DNA of 64,000 nucleotides, taken from assembly GCA_964509195.1 (NCBI GenBank), contig CAZDWJ010000002.1, positions 8,214 to 72,213 of the forward strand. The letters are read 5' to 3'. Shown in pieces: positions 8,892-18,319 of this stretch; positions within the stretch are counted from its first letter, which is position 1; every line of letters begins with the position of its first letter. Below the pieces are notes generated by a model. It saw only the letters and a list, made by a program, of their open reading frames with translations, searched no databases and was not told where the DNA came from. This DNA comes from an uncultured Leptospira sp. (GTDB lineage: Bacteria; Spirochaetota; UBA4802; UB4802). The position numbers and the translations under genes were made by a program.

Positions 8892-10159
8892 TATGGTTTT
8901 CCTCCTTTTACTCTTTGTATATCGGCACCTAAGCTCTGTAACTTTTGCTCAAAATTTTCATACCCTCTGTCCGTGTGATAAATGCGACGTATTTCAGTTG
9001 AACCTTTTGCAGCCAGAGCTGCCAACACCAATGAAGCACCAGCGCGAAGATCGGACATGAGTACCGGTGCAGCCTGCAGTTGTTTGCCACCTTTCACAAC
9101 TGCAACATTTCCTTCCACTTCGATGTCTGCTCCCATACGGCGTAGTTCGCCAACGTGGGTGTATCGGTTTTCAAATATTGTTTCAACAATTACGCTTATT
9201 CCTGGTATAGTGCACATTAGTGACATTATAGGCGCCTGAAGGTCGGTTGGGAAACCGGGGTATGGCAATGTCCTGATCATGCAGCCCTGCAATTTTTTAG
9301 AAGGTTCTATTGTGACGGAGCTATCGCTGCCTGAAATAACAAACCCCATTTCTGATAGTACATTAATACATGCCTGAACATGTTGCGGTATAACATTATT
9401 AATGGTAATGTTCCCACGGGTGATAGCTCCTGCAATTAAAAACGTTCCGGCTTCAATACGGTCAGGTATGATTGAATAGGTTACAGGCTTTAGCTTTTTG
9501 ACGCCTTTGATAACAATTCGCTCAGTTCCAAGACCTTCAATTTTGGCTCCCATTTTAATGAGGAAATTACCTAAATCGACTACATCAGGTTCCATTGCGC
9601 AGTTTTCCAGTGTTGTTACCCCATCAGCAAGCACTGCTGCCATCATGATATTTGCGGTAGCGCCAACTGAAACTTTTCGCATAATAAAGCGGTTACCCTG
9701 AAGTTTTTGGACACGTGCCTTAATATAGCCATGTTCAATGATAATGGAACTACCGAGTGCTTCAAATCCAGAAAGATGGATATCAACAGGGCGCTCACCA
9801 ATGGCACACCCGCCAGGAAGTGATACATCAGCCTCACCGCAGCGTGCCAAAAGTGGTCCCATCACATAGATAGACGCGCGCATAGTTTTCACCAGGTCAT
9901 ACGGCACTTCGGCATTTTTTAATGAATTGACATGAATTTTTAATATATTTTTTTCGGTATCAAATTCATATTTGGCACCCAAACATTCAATAACCTTTAA
10001 AATTGTCTGAATGTCTTTTAAATTGGGAACATTATGCAACACTGTTGTACCTTCGGCAAGCAAACTTGCCACAATAATTGGTAATGCAGCATTTTTAGCA
10101 CCGGAGATAGTTACTGACCCATTAAGCTTTTTGCCACCTTTAATCAAATACGTATCCAC
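8891..10159 (-). CDS. murA: UDP-N-acetylglucosamine 1-carboxyvinyltransferase
   Basis: 422 aa matching MurA end to end (KLNGSVTISGAKNAALPI ... active-site Cys region LPGGCAIGERPVD). GTG start with RBS GAGGA. Confidence 0.9.
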   Translation of the reverse strand: MDTYLIKGGKKLNGSVTISGAKNAALPIIVASLLAEGTTVLHNVPNLKDIQTILKVIECLGAKYEFDTEKNILKIHVNSLKNAEVPYDLVKTMRASIYVMGPLLARCGEADVSLPGGCAIGERPVDIHLSGFEALGSSIIIEHGYIKARVQKLQGNRFIMRKVSVGATANIMMAAVLADGVTTLENCAMEPDVVDLGNFLIKMGAKIEGLGTERIVIKGVKKLKPVTYSIIPDRIEAGTFLIAGAITRGNITINNVIPQHVQACINVLSEMGFVISGSDSSVTIEPSKKLQGCMIRTLPYPGFPTDLQAPIMSLMCTIPGISVIVETIFENRYTHVGELRRMGADIEVEGNVAVVKGGKQLQAAPVLMSDLRAGASLVLAALAAKGSTEIRRIYHTDRGYENFEQKLQSLGADIQRVKGGKP

Positions 10160-10308
10160 AGTCTGTCCTCACATTGTGATTGATTTTATTTGTGAGCAGT
10201 AGTAATAATTTAGTAAATTGTCAATTCAATTAAAAGATTTTATCTTTAAAATTAATATAATGCACAGAGGCTATCACAAAAAGTATTTCTTGCAATTAAA
10301 GTAACAGT

Positions 10309-11685
10309 ATGACAAAAAAATATGAATTATCACTCCACATATTTAGAAGGGACCTGAGGCTGGATGACAATACAGCGCTCATAAGAGCCTGTGAATTATC
10401 AAATTATGTAATTCCCTGTTTTATTCTGGATGATCGGCAGCTATATAATAACCCTTACAGGGGAGATAATGCAGTTTGGTTTATGATTCAATCCCTTAAG
10501 GAGTTGACCACTGAACTCAATAAAAAGGGAAGTAGATTGTATCTGTTTAAAGGAATTGCGGAAAATGTTGTAGAAATGCTGATAAAAGAAGAAAAAATTA
10601 ACGCTGTGTTCTTTAACCGGGATTATACACCATTCAGCAGGATGCGAGATGGAAATATAAGGGAATTATGCGCACGATATACTATAGATTGCAATATCTA
10701 CGCTGATGCACTTATGAATGAGCCTGAAATGGTGGTTACACAGGATGGAAGGCCATATACCATTTACTCGCACTACCTGAAAAAAGCCAGTATGTTTGCA
10801 GTAAGTTCCCCTCAGAAAAATAAATTCAACAATTATTATACCAAAAAAATAAAATCAGAAGAGCCACAAGATATTCTTGATACTGTTATAGTAAATGAAA
10901 ATCCACATCTTTTATTAAAAGGTGGTAGATCTGAAGCTTTGCATCTATTATCAAAAATAGATAATTTGCAAAACTATGACCAAACGCGCAATTTTCCTGC
11001 AGTGCAGGGGACAAGCCTTTTGTCTGCGCACATTAAGTTTGGTACTGTATCCATTCGCGAAGTCTACCACACTGCTAAAAAGCATTTAAAAAGCCCGCAT
11101 TCATTTATCAATGAATTGTTCTGGCGTGATTTTTTTACAAGTATTGCATTTCATTTCCCGCATATCTTTAAGGGATCTTTTCATCAAAAATATGATGCAT
11201 TACAGTGGTTAAATGATAAGGAAAAATTTGATCGGTGGGCTAATGGCCTCACAGGGTTTCCAATTGTAGATGCGGGTATGCGACAGCTCAACACAACAGG
11301 CTTTATGCATAACAGGGTCCGAATGATTGTGGCAAGCTTTCTTGTAAAGGACCTGCATATTGACTGGCGGTGGGGTGAACGTTTTTTTGCCACCAAGCTT
11401 ATAGATTACGATCCTTCAGTGAATAATGGCAACTGGCAGTGGGCTGCATCAACGGGTTGTGATGCACAGCCGTATTTCAGGATTTTTAATCCATGGTTAC
11501 AGCAAAAAAAATATGATCCCGAATGTAAATATATTAAACGGTGGATACCGGAATTACAAACAGTTCCTGCAAAAGTAATTCACAACTGGTATGATGCTGA
11601 TACTATTTGTGACTACCCCAAACCGGTAGTTGAACATCAACGGGAATCTGCAATGGCAAAACTAATGTATAAATCGCTTTTTTGA
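10309..11685 (+). CDS. phrB: Deoxyribodipyrimidine photolyase / cryptochrome family protein
   Basis: 458 aa with a photolyase N-terminal alpha/beta domain and a FAD-binding domain (WRDFF, GFMHNRVRMIVASFL, NNGNWQW). Confidence 0.8.
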   Translation: MTKKYELSLHIFRRDLRLDDNTALIRACELSNYVIPCFILDDRQLYNNPYRGDNAVWFMIQSLKELTTELNKKGSRLYLFKGIAENVVEMLIKEEKINAVFFNRDYTPFSRMRDGNIRELCARYTIDCNIYADALMNEPEMVVTQDGRPYTIYSHYLKKASMFAVSSPQKNKFNNYYTKKIKSEEPQDILDTVIVNENPHLLLKGGRSEALHLLSKIDNLQNYDQTRNFPAVQGTSLLSAHIKFGTVSIREVYHTAKKHLKSPHSFINELFWRDFFTSIAFHFPHIFKGSFHQKYDALQWLNDKEKFDRWANGLTGFPIVDAGMRQLNTTGFMHNRVRMIVASFLVKDLHIDWRWGERFFATKLIDYDPSVNNGNWQWAASTGCDAQPYFRIFNPWLQQKKYDPECKYIKRWIPELQTVPAKVIHNWYDADTICDYPKPVVEHQRESAMAKLMYKSLF

Positions 11686-11921
11686 ACAAGATAATTTGTT
11701 TTTTAAACGACTATTGCGCTAGCCCTATCATATTGTGAATAAATAAAAGAACATGATTTTTAAAAATATTTGCTTATGAGCAGATAAATAGGCAAAAACA
11801 GATTTCTTTTATTATGATTTTCAGGGATAAAAGCAGTTTTTAGATGATTATAATTTAGAACAATTTATTTAACATAATTTGAAAAAATACTTGCAATATT
11901 TGTATCAGGTGTTTTTATTAG

Positions 11922-11953
11922 TTAATAGTGAGTGATAGCTCACTCACTATTAA
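11922..11953. promoter_or_regulatory. Perfect 14-bp inverted repeat with 4-nt centre (TTAATAGTGAGTGA-TAGC-TCACTCACTATTAA), candidate operator upstream of ald
   Basis: Arms 11922..11935 and 11940..11953 are exact reverse complements. No T-tract follows. The repeat lies about 110 nt upstream of the ald start. Confidence 0.35.
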
Positions 11954-12065
11954 CGTACTTGAATTCATATCAAAATTAATATTTAAAGTTAAAGAAATTT
12001 TCTTGTTACAAAGGAAACAGTAGAAAATATATAAAGTTATTATACATTATATACAAGGGGGTATT

Positions 12066-13172
12066 ATGAAGATTGGTGTACCAAAAGAAATAAAGATTAA
12101 AGAAAACAGGGTGGCCCTGACACCTTCTGGAGTTAATGCAATAGTATCTCATGGTCACTCAGTATTTGTTGAAACTCATGCGGGTGAAGGTTCTGGTTTT
12201 TCAGATGATGAATATACAAAGGCAGGGGCAAAGATTATTGATAATGCAAGCGATGTATGGGCGGAAGCTGATATGATTGTCAAAGTAAAGGAGCCTTTAG
12301 GACCGGAATTTGAAAGGATGAAAGAAGGACAAATTATTTTTACATATCTTCATTTAGCTGCTGATGAAGCGTTAACGGTAGAATTGCTGAGTAAAAAAAT
12401 CATTGGCATTGCGTACGAAACAATTCAATTGGATGATGGAAGCCTCCCGTTATTGGCACCAATGAGCGAAGTTGCTGGAAGGCTATCCATACAGATGGGA
12501 TGTATGTGTCTGGAAGCAAAAAATGGTGGTGCGGGGATTTTGCTTTCAGGGGTTGCAGGTGTACCTCCTGCAAAAGTCACAATTATAGGTGCAGGAATTG
12601 CAGGGACCAATGCGTGCCATCTGGCGGTAGGGGTTGGTGCTGAAGTAGCTATCCTTGATATTAGTGCACATCGTTTACGATACATTCAGGATATTTTCAA
12701 AGGAAGAGTAGTAACTGTAATGTCAAATAAGGCAAATATCTGGGATTTTGTTACAAAAGCAGATCTGGTTATTGGCTCTGTGTTAATACCAGGGGCAAAG
12801 GCACCAAAATTAATAACTAGGGATATGCTGAAAGCTATGAGAAAAGGTTCGGCATTTGTTGATATAGCCATTGATCAGGGGGGATGTTCAGAAACAAGCA
12901 AACCTACAACCCATGATGATCCTATTTATATTGAGGAGGGTGTAGTTCACTACTGTGTTGCCAATATGCCAGGTGCAGTACCAAGGACTTCTACCTATGC
13001 GCTTACCAATGTAACACTGTCATATATTATTGAACTTGCTGATAAAGGACTAGAGAAGGCAATGCGTGAAAATAAAGCGCTTCACAAAGGCCTCAATGTG
13101 TATAAAGGAAAGCTTACTTACGACCATGTGGCCGAAGCGTTCAATATGCCGTATGAAAAGATTGAGTTTTAG
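12066..13172 (+). CDS. ald: Alanine dehydrogenase
   Basis: 368 aa, [20 protein letters not shown] plus NAD-binding GAGIAGTNA, matching the Ald family throughout. RBS AAGGGGG. Confidence 0.9.
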   Translation: MKIGVPKEIKIKENRVALTPSGVNAIVSHGHSVFVETHAGEGSGFSDDEYTKAGAKIIDNASDVWAEADMIVKVKEPLGPEFERMKEGQIIFTYLHLAADEALTVELLSKKIIGIAYETIQLDDGSLPLLAPMSEVAGRLSIQMGCMCLEAKNGGAGILLSGVAGVPPAKVTIIGAGIAGTNACHLAVGVGAEVAILDISAHRLRYIQDIFKGRVVTVMSNKANIWDFVTKADLVIGSVLIPGAKAPKLITRDMLKAMRKGSAFVDIAIDQGGCSETSKPTTHDDPIYIEEGVVHYCVANMPGAVPRTSTYALTNVTLSYIIELADKGLEKAMRENKALHKGLNVYKGKLTYDHVAEAFNMPYEKIEF

Positions 13173-13175
13173 TTT

Positions 13176-13745
13176 TTAAATCTTTGATAGTAAACTATCT
13201 GCTAAATGTTTTGCTTGCTCTTTTGTAAGTAATATTGTTGCCGTACCTCCACCCGGATGGGGCAGTGTAACATGTATCTTACCATCTCTCACCTCGATTA
13301 AAAACTGCCCTTCCGGCATTTTTACCTCAGGCGAAAGCCAGTCATTTGCATTAAATTCTGCAATCTGTACCAGTACACCAAATGCATGCTTTGGATGAAT
13401 AAAAATTTCTTTCCATACACCTCCGGGATATTCGTTATACCCAAAATAAGGAATTCCCAGTGTGTCTAATTTTGCTATCACTTTTTTTAAATCATACGTT
13501 TGTAATGTGATGTGATGTACGCCGCTTCCACGTGATTGCATAAAGCCATCTAAGAAACTTCCCTTATCAGTTGGTGATATCAATTCAATTCGGCTCATGT
13601 CACCTAATGAAAATATCTGCCAGTAGAATTTTGTAGTATCATCCTTTGCGCCAACGCCTGCAATGGCACCTAGGCTTTCAAAAAAAATTTTAGCTTTCTC
13701 AAAATCAGGAACAGCAATTGATACATGGTCAATACGCTCTATCAT
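13176..13745 (-). CDS. VOC (glyoxalase/bleomycin-resistance/dioxygenase) family protein, two-module
   Basis: 189 aa. Two VOC-like half-domains are recognisable (IDHVSIAV ... and HHITLQ ...). It is convergent with ald. Confidence 0.6.
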   Translation of the reverse strand: MIERIDHVSIAVPDFEKAKIFFESLGAIAGVGAKDDTTKFYWQIFSLGDMSRIELISPTDKGSFLDGFMQSRGSGVHHITLQTYDLKKVIAKLDTLGIPYFGYNEYPGGVWKEIFIHPKHAFGVLVQIAEFNANDWLSPEVKMPEGQFLIEVRDGKIHVTLPHPGGGTATILLTKEQAKHLADSLLSKI

Positions 13746-13962
13746 AGCATACCTCTTATAATCAATTTAAGAATGAGTAGTGTCTATATAATAAAAAAAT
13801 TCAAATTATTTTTTATCGATAGCTCAAAAAAATAAAATATAAATGAAGAAAAATAGTTGAAAAATGCAAATATTGTTTTAAATATCAACAACAGAAATGG
13901 ACTATCGTATTTAATAAAGAGCAAAATATATAATTAATATTGTAACGCTTTGGAGGGAAATA

Positions 13963-14454
13963 ATGGATATCGAGACAACAACCTGCGTTTCATTAGAGAA
14001 TCTTACTACACTGGAAATTTACGCACAAAAACTTAATATGCCGCTTCGATCATTAATAGTTTATTTGTTGATGTTTGCTGCCAAAAATGAAAAGAGAGAG
14101 GCAATAGCATTTAAACGAATATCTTACAGAAAACGTAATAGTGAACAGCCATGGAAAAGATTACATATAGTGCTTTATCAGTCCGAATATGAATTTATCC
14201 TTGATGTAAAGAAGTTATGGAAGATGTCGCTGGCGCTCTGTATTGAGTTTTGCATTGAAAATGTTCTGTTTGAATTTATTGACTACTTTTTGGATTGTGA
14301 AAAAAGAAAAGATACCGATAACTATCTTAATTATTACCAGAATAGATCCTATACATTTGACTTTTATCAGGAAAAAGGCATACATTGCTGCAAATTTTAC
14401 TGGGGCCCACCACCACAATTACTCAATAACACATTAACATTGGAATTAGCGTAA
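13963..14454 (+). CDS. Hypothetical protein (163 aa)
   Basis: ORF with no motifs I can recognise. It is AT-rich and sits upstream of the APH/kinase fusion on the same strand. Confidence 0.35.
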   Translation: MDIETTTCVSLENLTTLEIYAQKLNMPLRSLIVYLLMFAAKNEKREAIAFKRISYRKRNSEQPWKRLHIVLYQSEYEFILDVKKLWKMSLALCIEFCIENVLFEFIDYFLDCEKRKDTDNYLNYYQNRSYTFDFYQEKGIHCCKFYWGPPPQLLNNTLTLELA

Positions 14455-14634
14455 TATTACATTAGAAAGTTTACTGAATAAATATAAATAAATGTATTAG
14501 CTAATAACCGTAAAATTTAAATGTTTGACATAATCATTGATATCCCTACATCAGTAATTTGAATTTATATAAAGCTTGTTTAACACAATATTGCTTTTAA
14601 TTATGAAGATTAATTTAAAATTTATGAGGCACTT

Positions 14635-16203
14635 ATGCAGGAGATAGTATCTTTCCTTTCAAATCCTAAAAGCTACAATTATCCTGTTGATACTGTTACG
14701 GTTGTGCAGACACATATTTCATATGTATTTATTGCAAAGCCATATGTATATAAGCTTAAAAAACCTGTAGATTTTGGTTTTTTAAATTTTGTGTCGTTCA
14801 AGGATAGAAAATTCTATACATTTGAAGAATATCGATTAAATTCTCGCATTAGTCCTGAAATATATCTTGGTGTAGCTGTAGTTGTGAAGAATGGCAATTG
14901 GCTTAAACTTGTCGAGGATGAAAACTATGATGAGAATAGTGTCGTCGCATATTGCGTCAAGATGAAATATATTGATGATGCGTATTCGCTAAAACATATG
15001 CTAAAGGAAAGGCTTGATACTCAGTTGCTATCGCTCATAGCTCAGAAAATTTATGCTTTTCATAAAAACGCAGACAATACCGAAGGCTTGCAGGGATTTG
15101 GTAGTATAAATGAGATAAGCAAAAACTCACTGGAAAATTTTGATCAGATAGAAAAATATATAGGGGCGATAGTTACTGCGGAAGAGTATGCCTTTATGCG
15201 TAAATGGACTGAGAATTTTATCACGCAAAATACACCTTTATTTGAAAACCGCAACACCGCTGGTTTTGTTCGCGATTGTCACGGTGATCTTCACTGCGAG
15301 CATATATATTATAAAGATGGGAAAATCATTATTTTAGACTGCATTGAATTTAATAAGCGTTTCAGATATATTGATACAATTTCGGATATTGCGTTTTTGC
15401 TTATGGATTTGGATGTCAATGGTCAAAAAGAAGAATCAAACCGCCTGTGTGCTCAGTACATTCAGCTTTCAGGGGATTATGATGGTGTGGTGTTTCTGCC
15501 TTTTTATAAAGCATACCGAGCAATGGTGCGGGCAAAAATAAACAGCTTTCAATCGGACAATGAAGGAATAACTCAAAATGAAAGGGATGGATTTGTGCAA
15601 AAGGCTTCTCAGTATTTTCAACTTGCAAAACAATATATGCAGCAAAGCGGAAAGGGGGTTATCTATACTGTTTTTGGCAATATAGGAAGTGGGAAAAGCA
15701 CGATAGCTATGGAATTGGCAGCACTTACAAGTGGTATAGTCATTAATTCTGATTCGGTGCGCAAAAAATTGGTAGGTCTTGATATTTTCGATAATGCAAC
15801 AGCAAAAATTGGTGAAGGCATCTATACTACAGAAATGACTTCAAAAGTATATGCAACAATGAAAGAAAAAGCTTTAGCGATAGCTCAAAGGGGAATACCT
15901 GTTATTCTTGATGGAACTTTTTATAGCAAGGAATTACGAAGGGAATTCTATCAGTTTTTTAAGGATAGAGGATTTGATGTACACTTAATTTTTGCAGATT
16001 GCTCTGAAGATGAACTTGTAAGAAGAATTGAAAAAAGGCAACGCGATGCATCAATCTCAGATGCAACTGTTGAAATTTTTATACAATTAAAAGATAGATA
16101 TGAAAAACCAGGTGATGATGAACGTTGTGTTATTATTAAAACTGAAAAAGGTATAGATGAAATTAGAAATGACTTAAAAAGCAGACTATCAGATGTAGTG
16201 TAA
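14635..16203 (+). CDS. Bifunctional APH-like phosphotransferase / P-loop (AAA_33-type) kinase fusion protein
   Basis: The N-domain has a Brenner-like HGDLHCEH and a DFG-like ILDCIEF. The C-domain has Walker A GNIGSGKST and Walker B-like VILDGTF. Confidence 0.6.
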   Translation: MQEIVSFLSNPKSYNYPVDTVTVVQTHISYVFIAKPYVYKLKKPVDFGFLNFVSFKDRKFYTFEEYRLNSRISPEIYLGVAVVVKNGNWLKLVEDENYDENSVVAYCVKMKYIDDAYSLKHMLKERLDTQLLSLIAQKIYAFHKNADNTEGLQGFGSINEISKNSLENFDQIEKYIGAIVTAEEYAFMRKWTENFITQNTPLFENRNTAGFVRDCHGDLHCEHIYYKDGKIIILDCIEFNKRFRYIDTISDIAFLLMDLDVNGQKEESNRLCAQYIQLSGDYDGVVFLPFYKAYRAMVRAKINSFQSDNEGITQNERDGFVQKASQYFQLAKQYMQQSGKGVIYTVFGNIGSGKSTIAMELAALTSGIVINSDSVRKKLVGLDIFDNATAKIGEGIYTTEMTSKVYATMKEKALAIAQRGIPVILDGTFYSKELRREFYQFFKDRGFDVHLIFADCSEDELVRRIEKRQRDASISDATVEIFIQLKDRYEKPGDDERCVIIKTEKGIDEIRNDLKSRLSDVV

Positions 16204-16271
16204 TTTTGAGGTGCAAGGATTGCCATTTAAAAAAAGCGAAGTAAGTCTCAACTTATTAAATTAGAAATATT

Positions 16272-17432
16272 TTATAAAATTGGGATATATAAAATGTTTC
16301 CAGGATACAAACGGTCGGGATTATGAATATTGTTTATCATGATAATATGTTTTGGGCTTGCTCTGTATCGTTTAGCTATTTGTGATAGTGTCTCGCCTGA
16401 TTTCACTTTGTGAGTCTGAATTGATGTAAATTTGAGTGTGTAAATTTGGTCTTTTAATTCTTCAATTTTTTCTTTGCTTCCTTTTGGCAGTAGTAGTATA
16501 TAGTTTCGCTCTTTGGGTGGGGTTATTTCTTTTTTTAGTTGAGGGTTGAATAATCTAAAAAAATCTGTTGATATATTGCATTTTTCGGTGAGCACATTTA
16601 TTCTAACAGGGTACCGCAATTGCACCATTTCAATTTCATAATCGGTGTCAGGTTTCAGCAAATCCTTCTCAATTGAAAACAATTCAGGGTATTTATAAAT
16701 AAGCACTAACGCTGCATAACGATACACATATTCAGCTGTTTCTTTTCTAAGCACCCCAGCTTCAATGAGATCGTAAAAGTGGTGATAGCCATTGGCTTTC
16801 ATTGTTCGGGATAAATATCCGCAGCCCCCATTATATGCAAGAAGAGCAAGTTCCCATGAGTTGAATGTTTTATTTAAATGATTAAGATGTCGTAATGCGG
16901 CATTTGTCGATTTTACGATATCACGGCGCTCATCAACAAAGTCATTTATCTGCAATCCCAGTACTCTGGCAGTTGAAGGAACAAACTGCCATATCCCAAC
17001 TGCATTGCTTTTAGATACAGCATATGGATTAAAAGCACTTTCAAGCAATGGAAGAAGTGCAATATCTTCAGGTATGCCATCATATTGCTGCATCTGTTCT
17101 CTGATTAATGGCATATAAAGGTGAGAACGTTGTATGGCTTTAATAGTATATTCTCTGCCTTTTGTGAGATACATATATAAAAATTTTCTTACGTCAGGAA
17201 TCCTGCAAATAGATAAATCATTAATAGCTGTAAATAAATCCTTTCCTTCAAGTTTTGGCAGGAATATACTATCGTTATCCGGATTATAGTTGATGGCATT
17301 CTGTAATCCTACTTCTGAATATACAGGATCTGAATACAGTTCTAGTAAATTTTTACAGAAAAGCTTAGTATCAACAAACTCAATGAGTATAATAAAAAGC
17401 AACAAGTACGATATGTAAGGTAACTTTTTCAT
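16272..17432 (-). CDS. Lytic transglycosylase (SLT domain) with C-terminal LysM, MltD-like
   Basis: Signal/TM N-terminus. SLT motifs AVSKSNAVGIWQF and AYNGG. C-terminal LysM HKVKSGETLSQIAKRY. Confidence 0.7.
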   Translation of the reverse strand: MKKLPYISYLLLFIILIEFVDTKLFCKNLLELYSDPVYSEVGLQNAINYNPDNDSIFLPKLEGKDLFTAINDLSICRIPDVRKFLYMYLTKGREYTIKAIQRSHLYMPLIREQMQQYDGIPEDIALLPLLESAFNPYAVSKSNAVGIWQFVPSTARVLGLQINDFVDERRDIVKSTNAALRHLNHLNKTFNSWELALLAYNGGCGYLSRTMKANGYHHFYDLIEAGVLRKETAEYVYRYAALVLIYKYPELFSIEKDLLKPDTDYEIEMVQLRYPVRINVLTEKCNISTDFFRLFNPQLKKEITPPKERNYILLLPKGSKEKIEELKDQIYTLKFTSIQTHKVKSGETLSQIAKRYRASPKHIIMINNIHNPDRLYPGNILYIPIL

Positions 17433-17741
17433 CCGCTAAATTAGTTCCTTTTTTATGAACTATCGATTATATAAAATTATATAAACATAATAAAAGAAAT
17501 AGTAAATAAAAATGGATCGTATACAATCATAGCAATCATGATATAGCATGTCAAAAAAAATTGCACAAAAAACTGTGTGATGTGCTTAAACGATAAATGT
17601 TTTTGTAATAATTTTGTTGTCTATATCAGCACTGAAATTTATATATATTTTAATAAACAATAAATAAAAAGTGATGGACATTATTCAATGAAGTAATTAT
17701 ATTTAACAGAATAGTTTAAATTTGGTAGAAGGTTGAATTGT

Positions 17742-18308
17742 ATGGACCAGCTTATTGAGAATATTGGCAAAAAAATTCAATATTTCCGGAAAAAAAATGA
17801 TATTACGTTGAAGGAATTGGCTGAAAAAATCCATGCAACACCAAGTCTCATAAGCCAGATTGAACATGGAAAGGCAAATCCATCCCTGGCAACATTAAAA
17901 GCAATTGCTGATGTATTTAATGTACCCATTGGTTTATTTTTTGAAAATGAGGTAAAAAGGACAGCGCCATCCCCTATTATTCGAAGAAATACTCATCGCA
18001 GGCTACTCACGGATGGGAATGTTTCATACACTTTATTAAATCCTGATTCAAATGAAATGGAAGTCATTTTAATTGAATTCCCGCCTGGTGCTTCAACAGG
18101 TGGTGAACATTACCATCATGATGGGTATGAAGTAGGGTACATCATAAAAGGTGAGTTGAGGGTAACGCTGGAAGATAATGAGTATATTTTGCAGCAGGGT
18201 GACAGCATAGCGTTTAAAAGTATTAGACCCCATAAGATTAAGAATACTACTTCGCAAACAACACTTGCTGTATGGGTAAATCTAATTCCCTGGATTTTTG
18301 TTAAGTAG
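17742..18308 (+). CDS. XRE-family HTH transcriptional regulator with C-terminal cupin domain
   Basis: HTH_3 (ITLKELAEKIHATPSLISQIEHGKANPSL) plus a cupin (GGEHYHHDGYEVGYIIKGEL). I prefer the ATG at 17742 with RBS AGAAGG over the track TTG at 17733. Confidence 0.7.
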   Translation: MDQLIENIGKKIQYFRKKNDITLKELAEKIHATPSLISQIEHGKANPSLATLKAIADVFNVPIGLFFENEVKRTAPSPIIRRNTHRRLLTDGNVSYTLLNPDSNEMEVILIEFPPGASTGGEHYHHDGYEVGYIIKGELRVTLEDNEYILQQGDSIAFKSIRPHKIKNTTSQTTLAVWVNLIPWIFVK

Positions 18309-18319
18309 AGATTAATGAT

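Noticed and set aside
10160-10308. Short palindrome TCACA-T-TGTGA at the murA 5' end
   Set aside because: It is only 5-bp arms and is expected by chance in AT-rich sequence. I do not regard it as reportable evidence for a regulatory site.
13963-14454. Vague recollection that the 163-aa protein might belong to a Leptospira-specific DUF paralogous family
   Set aside because: I cannot support this from sequence motifs without a database search. I left it as hypothetical.
16204-16271. Weak 4-bp stem (GCAA...TTGC) after the APH/kinase gene as a terminator
   Set aside because: The stem is too short and AT-rich, and there is no convincing U-tract. I did not call it.
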